From the NCBI GenBank assembly GCA_020027805.1, contig JAHKKQ010000002.1, positions 1 to 50,446 of the forward strand: a DNA stretch of 50,446 bases, in the 5' to 3' direction. A program made the translations under genes and the position numbers. Numbering within the stretch: the stretch's first letter is position 1; every line of letters begins with the position of its first letter. Positions 9,304-17,785 of this stretch are shown here, one piece after another. The notes beneath the pieces were generated by a model that saw only the letters and a list, made by a program, of their open reading frames with translations, had not been told where the DNA came from and did not search any database. The stretch comes from Candidatus Dadabacteria bacterium. GTDB lineage: Bacteria; Desulfobacterota_D; UBA1144; Nemesobacterales; UBA2774.

Positions 9304-9903
9304 TCAGGGCTTCTTCGCGCTTCTCCGTAATATAAGCCAGAGAACCACGTTCACAGTAACCGACAGCAGAACGAGCAGCGCGATCGTATATTTGAAAAAC
9401 TGTCTGGGCATTATATAAAAAGAAAGGTCGTACCTGTTGTTAATCCAGAGATTGTTTTTAAAAAGAAGCGGGTGGAATATATCCCTCCAGAACGTCGCGA
9501 AAAACGGGAGCACCAGAAGGAGCGATAGAATAACCGCGGCGTTGATGAGTGCGTAACGCGAGACCTTTTTTCTGTCGTATGTGAGTATGAGCAGTATGAG
9601 CGCGATAACGCTGCCTATTAGCATCCGGTCGAATATGCCGCGCACCTCCTTCAGATGCGCTTTCTCCTTTGCGGTCCTGAAGCTCAGGAGCTCGCCCTGG
9701 TGCCTGAAATACGCCGCGAGCTCTTCTATTCCCCTGTGCGCGTTATCGTATCCGATTACCCGGCACCGATCGTGCCATTCGCAATTGAGCTTCATCCACT
9801 CCGGGGCGTAAAAAGTCAGGGACATCGGAATATAGAATGTGAGGTAGAAAAGTGAAACGAAGAGGGCGGTTCCTTTCAGACGGTTAAGAATTCTATTACG
9901 CAA
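9304..9903 (-). CDS. DUF1461 / TIGR01906-like integral membrane protein (Lit-like)
   Basis: 199 aa. It has an N-terminal TM helix, an extracytoplasmic loop containing EKAHLKEVRGIF, then TM helices with FWRDIFHPLLFKNNLWINN...IMPRQFF. This resembles the DUF1461 signature as I recall it. Confidence 0.6.
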   Translation of the reverse strand: MRNRILNRLKGTALFVSLFYLTFYIPMSLTFYAPEWMKLNCEWHDRCRVIGYDNAHRGIEELAAYFRHQGELLSFRTAKEKAHLKEVRGIFDRMLIGSVIALILLILTYDRKKVSRYALINAAVILSLLLVLPFFATFWRDIFHPLLFKNNLWINNRYDLSFYIMPRQFFKYTIALLVLLSVTVNVVLWLILRRSAKKP

Positions 9904-9934
9904 GGTGCGGTTTTCTCCGGGTATGTGTCATTAA

Positions 9935-11137
9935 TTATTCGTTTTGGTCCGTTTGCTTCACGAGGGAATATTTCAGCAATAAGTACCCGAATACAGCCGA
10001 GACGAATGATCCCGCAAGTATTCCGAGCCTCGCCGAAATGCCCTCGTCCGACATGCCCGGGTCGAAAGCGAGGGTGCTTATAAACAGGCTCATCGTAAAT
10101 CCTATACCACAGAGAACGGACGTTCCGTAAAGCGTGAGCCATGTCGCTCCCTCGGGCATCCTGGCTAATCCCAGCTTTATGCAGAGCTTCGCGAATCCGA
10201 ACACCCCGAGCTGCTTGCCGAGGAAAAGCCCGAGCGCGACGCCCACGGGTACGGGCTCGAACAGCGTGCGGAGGCTCAATCCGTCGAGCGATACGCCCGC
10301 GTTGGCGAAAGCGAAGAGAGGCATGATACCGAAAGCCACCCAGGGATGGAGCGTGTGCTCGAGCTCCCGGAGAGGGCAGGGCTCCTCGTCCTTTGTCCTC
10401 ATCGGGATGGCGAATGCCAGCACCACTCCCGCGAGGGTCGCGTGAACGCCCGACTTGAGAACGAATATCCAAAGTGCCACGCCGACCAATACGTAAGCCG
10501 CGGTCCTTTTCACGCCCATGAAGTTCATTACCGCAAGCGCCGCCACCGCGATTCCCGCCATCACTAGGGATATGAGTGAGAGCTTCCCCGAATAGAAAAT
10601 AGCGATTATCACTATCGCGCCGAGGTCGTCTATTATCGCGAGGGTGAGGAGGAAGAGCTTCAAAGAGAGGGGGACCCTCGAACCCAGGAGCGTCATGATG
10701 CCGAGCGCGAACGCGATGTCCGTCGCCGCGGGTATTGCCCAGCCGTCGAGCGCCCCGGGATTATTGAAATTGAAAAAGACGTATATCAGGGCCGGTACCG
10801 CCATGCCACCGACTGCGGCGATGCCTGGAAGCGCGATTTGAGATAGGCTCGACAGTTGTCCGTCGAGCACCTCCCGCTTTATTTCGAGACCGATGAGCAG
10901 GAAGAATACGGCCATGAGGCCGTCGTTAATCCAGAGCAGCAGGGGCTTCGCCAGCTGGAGCGCTCCTACCCTTATCTCTACGGGCGTATCTAACAGAAGG
11001 TCGTACAGGCCCGATACAGGCGAGTTGTTCAGTATGAGGGCGAGGACGGCGGCTCCCACTAGAATAATTCCGCTCGCTGATTCGAGTTTCAGGAATTCAC
11101 GGATAGCGTTTACGGCGCGTCCAGGGATGACTGCCAT
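9935..11137 (-). CDS. nhaA: Na+/H+ antiporter NhaA
   Basis: 400 aa polytopic membrane protein with NhaA-typical blocks: [58 protein letters not shown]. Confidence 0.93.
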   Translation of the reverse strand: MAVIPGRAVNAIREFLKLESASGIILVGAAVLALILNNSPVSGLYDLLLDTPVEIRVGALQLAKPLLLWINDGLMAVFFLLIGLEIKREVLDGQLSSLSQIALPGIAAVGGMAVPALIYVFFNFNNPGALDGWAIPAATDIAFALGIMTLLGSRVPLSLKLFLLTLAIIDDLGAIVIIAIFYSGKLSLISLVMAGIAVAALAVMNFMGVKRTAAYVLVGVALWIFVLKSGVHATLAGVVLAFAIPMRTKDEEPCPLRELEHTLHPWVAFGIMPLFAFANAGVSLDGLSLRTLFEPVPVGVALGLFLGKQLGVFGFAKLCIKLGLARMPEGATWLTLYGTSVLCGIGFTMSLFISTLAFDPGMSDEGISARLGILAGSFVSAVFGYLLLKYSLVKQTDQNE

Positions 11138-11312
11138 GGTGGATTGGTCCTTGCCGGAGCATTAAGATTATACGTAAGCCGACTTTCAAATTCAAAAAAT
11201 AAAACCATTATCGGGATTATCGGATATACGCGATATTCCATTTTGTAGAAAAACACGCGATGTGTTAATATCCTGAAACTCGGACGAATAGGTCCATCAA
11301 GCGGAGTCTCTA

Positions 11313-12398
11313 TTGGAGATTGGCTACTTTACCATGCCGCTTCACCCGGCGGGTTCGAACCTTACCGAAACCCTCGACGCTGACCTCGAACAGCTCGTTT
11401 TCCTGGATGGGCTCGGGTTCAGGGAAGCCTGGATAGGGGAGCATTTCACGGCCGGGTGGGAAAACATAGCCGCTCCCGACCTCCTCATTGCGAAGGCCAT
11501 ACCGCTTACGAAAAATATCATCCTGGGGACGGGGGTCTCCTGCCTTCCCGACCACGACCCGTTCGTCCTCGCGCACAGGATCGCCGTGCTCGACCATCTT
11601 GCGAAGGGGCGGTTCTACTGGGGCGTGGGGGCGGGGAGTTTCATCGGGGATTTCGAGGCGTTCGGAATAGACGCCAAATCGGGGGAGCAGAGGGATTTGA
11701 CGAACGAATCGCTCGAGTTCATCTTGAACCTGTGGAACGATCCCAGGCCCGGGAAGTATGAGAACAGGCGGTGGAAATTCACCGTTCCCGCGCCGCAGGC
11801 GGACGTCGGTCTCGGCGTGCACACGAAGCCGTATCAAAAGCCCCATCCGCCGATCGCTGTTGCCGGCATCACCGCGGGCTCGGGGACGCTCAGGATCGCG
11901 GGCGCGAACGGGTGGATACCGATGAGCATTAATTTCATTACGAGGGACGTATTGAGGACCCACTGGGCGTCGGTCGAAGAAGGGGCCGCGAGCACCGGCA
12001 GGAGGCCCGACAAGTCGCTCTGGCGCGTGGCGAGGGACATCTATATAGCGGAAAGCACGGAAGAGGCGAGAAAGGACGTGATGGAGGGTACGCTCGCCAG
12101 GGACTTTACCGAGTATTTCTTCAAGATGGTCCCGAAGATAAGGGGGAACCTCGATATCTTCAAGACCGAGAAGTCCATGTCCGACTCCGAGGTCACGATC
12201 GAATACATGATGGACAATCTGTGGATCGTCGGGAGTCCCGACGATGCGGTCGAAAAGATCAGGGAGCTCTACGATCACGTGGGAGGGTTCGGCGTGCTTC
12301 TTGTGATGGGGCACGAGTGGAAGCCCGAAGATAAGTGGATGAGGTCTATGAAGCTCCTCGCCGAAGATGTCATGCCGAGGCTCAGGGATTTAAAATAG
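11313..12398 (+). CDS. LLM-class (luciferase-like) flavin-dependent oxidoreductase
   Basis: 361 aa with a TTG start. It has a TIM-barrel luciferase-like N-terminus (GLGFREAWIGEHF, RIAVLDHLAKGRFYWGVGAG). The cofactor (FMN versus F420) cannot be decided by eye. Confidence 0.85.
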   Translation: MEIGYFTMPLHPAGSNLTETLDADLEQLVFLDGLGFREAWIGEHFTAGWENIAAPDLLIAKAIPLTKNIILGTGVSCLPDHDPFVLAHRIAVLDHLAKGRFYWGVGAGSFIGDFEAFGIDAKSGEQRDLTNESLEFILNLWNDPRPGKYENRRWKFTVPAPQADVGLGVHTKPYQKPHPPIAVAGITAGSGTLRIAGANGWIPMSINFITRDVLRTHWASVEEGAASTGRRPDKSLWRVARDIYIAESTEEARKDVMEGTLARDFTEYFFKMVPKIRGNLDIFKTEKSMSDSEVTIEYMMDNLWIVGSPDDAVEKIRELYDHVGGFGVLLVMGHEWKPEDKWMRSMKLLAEDVMPRLRDLK

Positions 12399-12476
12399 AG
12401 AGCGTTTTCCTATAACCGTTAATAACCAGGAGAGGTGCCGGCATCGGCAGCGGGATTGCCGATTGACCGATAGCGT

Positions 12477-12499
12477 TCGAGGGCCTCTCGATCTTTTTT
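12477..12499 (+). terminator. Weak candidate rho-independent terminator after the LLM gene
   Basis: TCGAG-GGCCT-CTCGA forms a short 5-bp stem, followed by TCTTTTTT. It lies 79 nt after the stop codon. Confidence 0.3.
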
Positions 12500-12510
12500 A
12501 ATTCAGGCAC

Positions 12511-13422
12511 ATGCAAAGGGAATACTGGTACTTAATTATTGCAGGGATATTATACGGGATCATAGCTCCCGGCGGTCAGTTCCTTCTCGACCGCGGGCTT
12601 TCCCTGTACGAGGTCTCTTTCTATAGGTCGTTGCTCGTTTTTGTCATCCTCCTCCCCGTGGTGCTGATAAAGCCCGGCTGTTTCATGCTGAGGAGGGATA
12701 AAATTCCATTCTATGCGCTCTACGGTCTCATAGGCGGCCTCCTGGAGCTGTCCTTGTTCACGGGCATTGCCTTGGGAGTGCCTGTTGCGCTCACGGTGCT
12801 GCTCCTCTACACCCAGCCCGTCTGGACGATATTCATAGGAAGGCTCGTCTTGGGCGAGAGGCTCTCGCGCGTTAAGCTCCTTTCCGCGCTTCTCGGTCTT
12901 GCGGGGCTTGTCATCCTGCTTCAGTCGTGGGAGGCGGGGTCGGCGGGCTCTCTATACGGTATAGCTGCCGCTCTTGCCGCGGGCGTGCTGCTATCGCTCT
13001 GGGTCATTCTGGGCAAAAGGAGCACGATGCTCGACCAACACTATATAACGACTACGTTCGGGTGGTCCGGATTCGCATCCGTCTGGCTTCTCCTGCTGCT
13101 GCCTGTGATGGATCTTCTCGTTGCCGATAAAGGGCTGCTCAGGCTCTCGTTCGGCCTGTCTCAGGCAGATTGGGCTTATCTCGCGGCTTTTGCCGTACTG
13201 GGAGGCGCCCTGCCTCATCTGCTCTTTTACAGGTCGCTCGAAAGACTGTCGGCTTCGGTCGCCGGTATCATACTGCTGCTCGAGCCCGTGAGCGCCACGA
13301 TAATAGCATGGGTGTTCTTCTCACAGAAAATAGGTTTATATCTCTTGATAGGCGGCGCATTGATACTGGTTTCCAATTATCTGATTATTCGGAACGAACG
13401 GTCCGAGACGCCTGTCTTCTGA
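12511..13422 (+). CDS. EamA/DMT-family transporter
   Basis: 303 aa with about 10 predicted hydrophobic helices in a two-fold internal repeat organisation typical of EamA domains. Confidence 0.85.
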   Translation: MQREYWYLIIAGILYGIIAPGGQFLLDRGLSLYEVSFYRSLLVFVILLPVVLIKPGCFMLRRDKIPFYALYGLIGGLLELSLFTGIALGVPVALTVLLLYTQPVWTIFIGRLVLGERLSRVKLLSALLGLAGLVILLQSWEAGSAGSLYGIAAALAAGVLLSLWVILGKRSTMLDQHYITTTFGWSGFASVWLLLLLPVMDLLVADKGLLRLSFGLSQADWAYLAAFAVLGGALPHLLFYRSLERLSASVAGIILLLEPVSATIIAWVFFSQKIGLYLLIGGALILVSNYLIIRNERSETPVF

Positions 13423-13434
13423 GTGTTGTACAGC

Positions 13435-13872
13435 TTATTTTTGATTGTCGGTTTCGACCGGGGTACTCGCCCCTTTTATATCGCTCGAATTGACGACCTT
13501 GTTAATCCCGTCCGCTTTCACTACCGCGAACCCGTTTAATCGGAGCACCGTGTCGAACAGGATGAGCACGTCATCCTTTTTCAACCCGCCCTCGGGCGTT
13601 ATGATGCTGATCTCGTTCGGACGAACGGTGCTGTCGATGACGTATATTTCGTCATTCAACTCGCTCACTGCCATTATAAGGTCGACGATGTTGATGTGGC
13701 TTTGAAGATTTACTACGTCGTCCTCTGAAGCAGGACCCCTCTCTCCCGCATCTTCCCTGCCCTGCCCGGTCTGGCCCCGAACCTCCGTCCGCGGGGTATA
13801 ATCGTCAAACGGCGCCGTAACTATGTCGATAACAAGTATGCCGAGGAGAAAAAAAAGCGTTCTGTATATCAT
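13435..13872 (-). CDS. Stand-alone secretin N0-like (GspD/PilQ N-terminal) domain protein
   Basis: 145 aa with an N-terminal hydrophobic segment and a short charged linker. The rest (VNLQSHINIVDLIMAVSELNDEIYVIDSTVRPNEISIITPEGGLKKDDVLILFDTVLRLNGFAVVKADGINKVV) matches the N0/STN pattern of secretins. There is no secretin pore domain. Confidence 0.6.
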   Translation of the reverse strand: MIYRTLFFLLGILVIDIVTAPFDDYTPRTEVRGQTGQGREDAGERGPASEDDVVNLQSHINIVDLIMAVSELNDEIYVIDSTVRPNEISIITPEGGLKKDDVLILFDTVLRLNGFAVVKADGINKVVNSSDIKGASTPVETDNQK

Positions 13873-14007
13873 TCTGACTCGTGATCCGATGTGGAGAGCA
13901 TTCTATAACCTGCCGGTGATATTGTATTAAAAGATACAAGGAACGTGAAAATAAATACGAGGTGATATCCTAACACAAAAATTGACACGCGGGAAATTCC
14001 CGGCCTC

Positions 14008-14979
14008 TCAAGACACCAGCTCGCTCAGGCGTTTCAGCCTTTCGGTCCTTTTATCCTTTCTTTCCTGGGCCTTTTTCCAGAGCCTTTTCTCTTCAGGGGT
14101 TTCGGGTCTGAACTCGGGCACCCTTTTCGGGACTCCGTCATTCCCTACGTGCACATAAGTCAGGAAGGCGGTACACGTATGTTTTTGTTCTCCGGTCAAT
14201 ATATTTTCGGACAGCACTTTAATCCCGACTTCGAGGGAGGTGTTCCCGACGTAGGTAATGCCGGACTTGAAGATAATTATGTCTCCGACCCTGATGGGCG
14301 AGTAGAAAAACAGCTCGTCGAGGGAGCCCGTCACGAGGACGTCCTTGACGAACCTCATGGCGAGTATGGCGGCGGTCTCGTCTATGTCGAGCATTAGCTT
14401 TCCCACGGACATGAAGCTCCCGTAGAAGCTGTCCTCGGGAAGCACCACTTTCGTAGTCTCGAGACGCATCCTCGTTATTTCGGTTTCGTCGATTATATTC
14501 CTCGCCTGCTCGTCCCTCTTGCCGATCTTGGAAACCCTCTGCTCCCTCCGTTTCCCGGCTTCGTTGTAGAGCGCCGTTTCCTCCTCACCTGAGGGCACGA
14601 GCTCCTCCGGGAGCCGCCTCGGGTTTCCCTCCTTATCCACGGCTATGAATGCCAGGCGGGAGTGGGTCGTGAGTTTTTTCTCCCGGGTCTCGAAGTTCTC
14701 GGAATGCACGGTGACGCCGATCTCCATGGAGCTCGATCCGATATATTCGATCGTGCTGTCGAGGGCTACTATCTCCCCCACCTTCACGGGGTTTATGAAA
14801 TCGATGCTGTCCGTCGCGCCGAGCACGGTTATACCCCTTGCGAAGCGCGAGGAGTTAATGCTCCCCGCGAGCATTATCCAGTCCATCAGCCTGCCCCCGT
14901 GCAGGGTGCCGTGGGTGTTTGCGTGCTCCGGGAAAACGAACTGGACCATCTGGTGTCTTGTGTCTTTTATCGAGGGCAT
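14008..14979 (-). CDS. Acyl-CoA thioesterase, tandem hotdog domains
   Basis: 323 aa with two hotdog repeats (FPEHANTHGTLHGGRLMDWI...; a second SFYGSFMSVGKLMLDIDETAAI...). This is an Acot7/BFIT-like layout, with a basic C-terminal tail. Confidence 0.85.
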   Translation of the reverse strand: MPSIKDTRHQMVQFVFPEHANTHGTLHGGRLMDWIMLAGSINSSRFARGITVLGATDSIDFINPVKVGEIVALDSTIEYIGSSSMEIGVTVHSENFETREKKLTTHSRLAFIAVDKEGNPRRLPEELVPSGEEETALYNEAGKRREQRVSKIGKRDEQARNIIDETEITRMRLETTKVVLPEDSFYGSFMSVGKLMLDIDETAAILAMRFVKDVLVTGSLDELFFYSPIRVGDIIIFKSGITYVGNTSLEVGIKVLSENILTGEQKHTCTAFLTYVHVGNDGVPKRVPEFRPETPEEKRLWKKAQERKDKRTERLKRLSELVS

Positions 14980-15097
14980 ATAAGCTTCCGGTTTGATAAG
15001 GTTCTTTTGTTCGAACTATTATAATACAAGGATTCCGGTAAATTCCATACTCGAAAAATATCCCGATCTCAAAATGATTGTGATCCCGCGATCGCGG

Positions 15098-15727
15098 TCA
15101 ATAGGTCAGAAGCGGCGTCTGCCCGGTATATTTCATGCTTTCGAGCTCCCGGAGGATGAAATGGGCGACGTCCCCGCGCGATATGTTCCCGCATTTTATC
15201 CCGGTCAGGTCCGTAAGGACCCTGTATCTTCCGGTTACGGGGCCGTTCGTTAAAAAACCGGGTCTGACGATCAGCCATTCGAGAGACGAATTCCGTACAA
15301 TCGACTCCTGAATATTCTTGTCTTCATATATTCTCCTGAGAAATATCGGGAAAACGATCCTGTCGTAAAGAAACCCCCCGTGGCCTTTACTGTCCCCGGC
15401 CCCTATCCCCGTGACGCATATTAATTTCCTGACCGACTCTCTTTTCATCGCGTCCATGACTACCGACGTTCCTTCGGAGAAAACCGTGACCGGTTTGAAA
15501 GCGGGGCCGATCCCTATCGTGATGCATACAGCGTCCTGACCGGCTACGGCAAGCGAGACCGAACCCTTATCCAGTATATCTCCCTTAATTATCCTCATAT
15601 CTTGAGCGCCCCGGCCCATTTTCTCCGGGTTACGCACCAGTGCTGTTATGCTGTGCCCTTCTTCGACCGCATGCGCTGCGAGCGCGGCCCCGATTCCCTT
15701 TGTCGCTCCGATGACGAGAAGTTTCAT
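15098..15727 (-). CDS. NAD(P)H-binding, atypical SDR/NmrA-like oxidoreductase
   Basis: 209 aa with an N-terminal Rossmann motif (KLLVIGATKGIGAAL). Its size and layout resemble flavin reductase/BVR-B-like NAD(P)-binding proteins. Confidence 0.8.
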   Translation of the reverse strand: MKLLVIGATKGIGAALAAHAVEEGHSITALVRNPEKMGRGAQDMRIIKGDILDKGSVSLAVAGQDAVCITIGIGPAFKPVTVFSEGTSVVMDAMKRESVRKLICVTGIGAGDSKGHGGFLYDRIVFPIFLRRIYEDKNIQESIVRNSSLEWLIVRPGFLTNGPVTGRYRVLTDLTGIKCGNISRGDVAHFILRELESMKYTGQTPLLTY

Positions 15728-15883
15728 TACGTATCTCCTGTTAATACATTATATATCATCGGGCGCTCTCTACTTTTCCTGAAACGGTGGATTTTGCGGT
15801 ATTGATATGCGAATTGTGACCGGGGCCGATTACTGTCTCAATACGGCGAGAAATAATATTCGACTGAGAAATGTCGGATGGCT

Positions 15884-15898
15884 GGACAAATATTGTCC
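15884..15898. promoter_or_regulatory. Palindrome GGACAA-ATA-TTGTCC, candidate upstream activator site
   Basis: Two 6-nt inverted arms separated by a 3-nt spacer. It lies about 100 bp upstream of the -24/-12-like element at 15992..16007. It shares the GACAA core with the repeats upstream of the kinase gene. Confidence 0.3.
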
Positions 15899-15991
15899 GT
15901 ATTACGTGAAACCCAGCCGGCCGGCCGGTTCATCGTTATAAATTATCCAATTATAATATAATCTTATGGCGGTTACACAAAATGCCTGTTT

Positions 15992-16007
15992 TGGCATGCT
16001 TTTTGAC
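15992..16007 (+). promoter_or_regulatory. Degenerate sigma-54-like -24/-12 element upstream of the GGDEF gene
   Basis: TGGCAT-GCTTT-TTGAC has the correct GG-to-(-12) spacing, but the -12 element reads TTGA instead of TTGC. The palindrome-at-about-100-bp geometry matches that of the stronger element at 17694. Confidence 0.3.
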
Positions 16008-16193
16008 TTACTAGTTTGTATGGTTTTCAGATAGAGAGGGAGGGTGCATTCCGTGCCGGGTCGACCCTCGACCGGAAATTATATTTTCTGTTAAATCATA
16101 TAATAAAAAACTGCCCCTGATATTCGACGGGTCAAGCGTTCGAGAATGAATTGAAAATTAATCACTGAATAGGACAGCGGGATTCTACTCACA

Positions 16194-17498
16194 ATGATAA
16201 AACAGAATATCAAGGTATTGCTGATTGAGGATAATCTGGATTATGCGCAATTGATAAAGAGGATTCTTTCCAAGAAGACCTCATGCCCGATGGAAGTGGA
16301 GCACCACGATTCATTCTCCGGCGGTTATGAACGGGCTTCGAGGGGCGGCATAGATCTGATCCTTCTCGACCTCGACCTTCCTGATAGCGGGAACATAGAG
16401 ACCATGCTCGGCATCGGCGAAGCTGCGGATGTCCCTGTAATAGTGCTCACGGGTACTGACGATGAGTCGCTCTCTCTCAGGGCTGTGCAGCTGGGCGCTC
16501 AGGACTATCTGATGAAGGGGCAGGTCGATGCGGGGCTCCTCGTCCGCTCGATCCGTTACGCGATAGAGCGTAAAAAAGCCGATGACGCCGTAAAGCGGAC
16601 GGAAGAGAGGTTTAAGCTCCTCATTGAGAATACCCTGGACCTGATTGAAATGCTGGGCGTGGACGGCACGATGAATTTCGTGAGCCCCTCGCATAAACGC
16701 ATACTGGGCTATGACAATGACGACTTGCTAGGCAGAAGGGTATTCGAGTTTATTCATCCGGAGGACCTGCCCCGGGTTCTCGATATATTCACGGAAACCC
16801 TTCAGGACCATGACCGGCTTTATTCGGCGGAGTTTCGCGTCAGGCACAAGGAAGGCTACTGGGTCACTCTCGAATCAATCGGAAAGCTATGCCCTCCCGA
16901 GCTGAGCACTATGGGTGTAATTGTAAATTCCCGCGATATTACGGAACGGAAAAAGATGGAGGAGCGCCTGCGCAGCCTTTCCATAACCGACGACCTCACC
17001 GGACTTTACAACAGGCGCGGGTTTCTGACTTTTGCGGACCACCATATCAAAGCCGCGGAAAGGAGAAAGGAGCGGGTGCTGCTCATCCTGATCGATTTAG
17101 ACGGGCTGAAGCAAATAAACGATGCTTACGGGCACAATGTCGGGGATCAGGCGCTTATAGATGCGGCACAGCTGATAAAGCGGACATTCAGGAACTCGGA
17201 CGTGACTGCCAGGATAAGCGGAGACGAATTCGTTGTCGTGACAACTGATTCTGACGGGAACGGGGAGGAGGCCATCAAGCGGCGCATTAAAGAAAACCTG
17301 AATAGTTATAATTCTCAGGCGGCAAAACCCTACCATCTGTCCTTGAGCTGCGGTATCGCGAAGTTTGATCCGCGGATTCCATCATCTATTGACAGGCTCC
17401 TGGTGAAAGACGACGAGCTGATGTACGCCAGCAAGAATAAAAAAGATGACGAGACGAAAGACAATGTTTTCAATCTCAACACTTCAATAAATGAGTGA
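16194..17498 (+). CDS. Response regulator receiver-PAS-GGDEF diguanylate cyclase (SGDEF variant, I-site present)
   Basis: 434 aa with a REC domain (LLIEDN...DLILLDLDLPD...VIVLTG), a PAS domain, and a GGDEF domain. The GGDEF domain has an LTGLYNRRGF start and the active-site motif SGDEF. An RNSD (RxxD) lies 5 residues upstream of that motif. Confidence 0.9.
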   Translation: MIKQNIKVLLIEDNLDYAQLIKRILSKKTSCPMEVEHHDSFSGGYERASRGGIDLILLDLDLPDSGNIETMLGIGEAADVPVIVLTGTDDESLSLRAVQLGAQDYLMKGQVDAGLLVRSIRYAIERKKADDAVKRTEERFKLLIENTLDLIEMLGVDGTMNFVSPSHKRILGYDNDDLLGRRVFEFIHPEDLPRVLDIFTETLQDHDRLYSAEFRVRHKEGYWVTLESIGKLCPPELSTMGVIVNSRDITERKKMEERLRSLSITDDLTGLYNRRGFLTFADHHIKAAERRKERVLLILIDLDGLKQINDAYGHNVGDQALIDAAQLIKRTFRNSDVTARISGDEFVVVTTDSDGNGEEAIKRRIKENLNSYNSQAAKPYHLSLSCGIAKFDPRIPSSIDRLLVKDDELMYASKNKKDDETKDNVFNLNTSINE

Positions 17499-17569
17499 CG
17501 GCGTCCATAAGTTTCAATTCATTTTAAAATACTTTTATAAGCTCGGCAGATTCCCTCAATGATGATGAT

Positions 17570-17621
17570 AATTGACAAAGCTTTGCTATTGCAGTCGGCA
17601 ATGTTACGTAATTTGTCAATT
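17570..17621. promoter_or_regulatory. Inverted repeat AATTGACAAA-N32-TTTGTCAATT, candidate enhancer-binding-protein UAS
   Basis: Perfect 10-nt arms at 17570-17579 and 17612-17621, plus a third GACAAT half-site at 17630-17635. The repeat is centred about 100 bp upstream of the -24 GG of the sigma-54 promoter. Confidence 0.35.
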
Positions 17622-17693
17622 CCCTGATAGACAATTTTTGCACACTCCGGGAAATTCTCTTTAGTGGCAACCGATTATCGAGGGTTCCGATAA

Positions 17694-17709
17694 TGGTACG
17701 GTTTTTGCA
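17694..17709 (+). promoter_or_regulatory. Sigma-54 (RpoN) promoter, -24/-12 type
   Basis: TGGTACGGTTTTTGCA matches the consensus TGGCACG-N4-TTGCW. It has exact spacing and a single mismatch (C to T at the fourth position). It lies 77 nt upstream of the ATG at 17786. Confidence 0.6.
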
Positions 17710-17785
17710 TTCGGATATGTATAAGGAAATACGAATCAGTATTCGAGAAATCTCTCATTATGTCGGTTGAAATTCGGATGATAAT

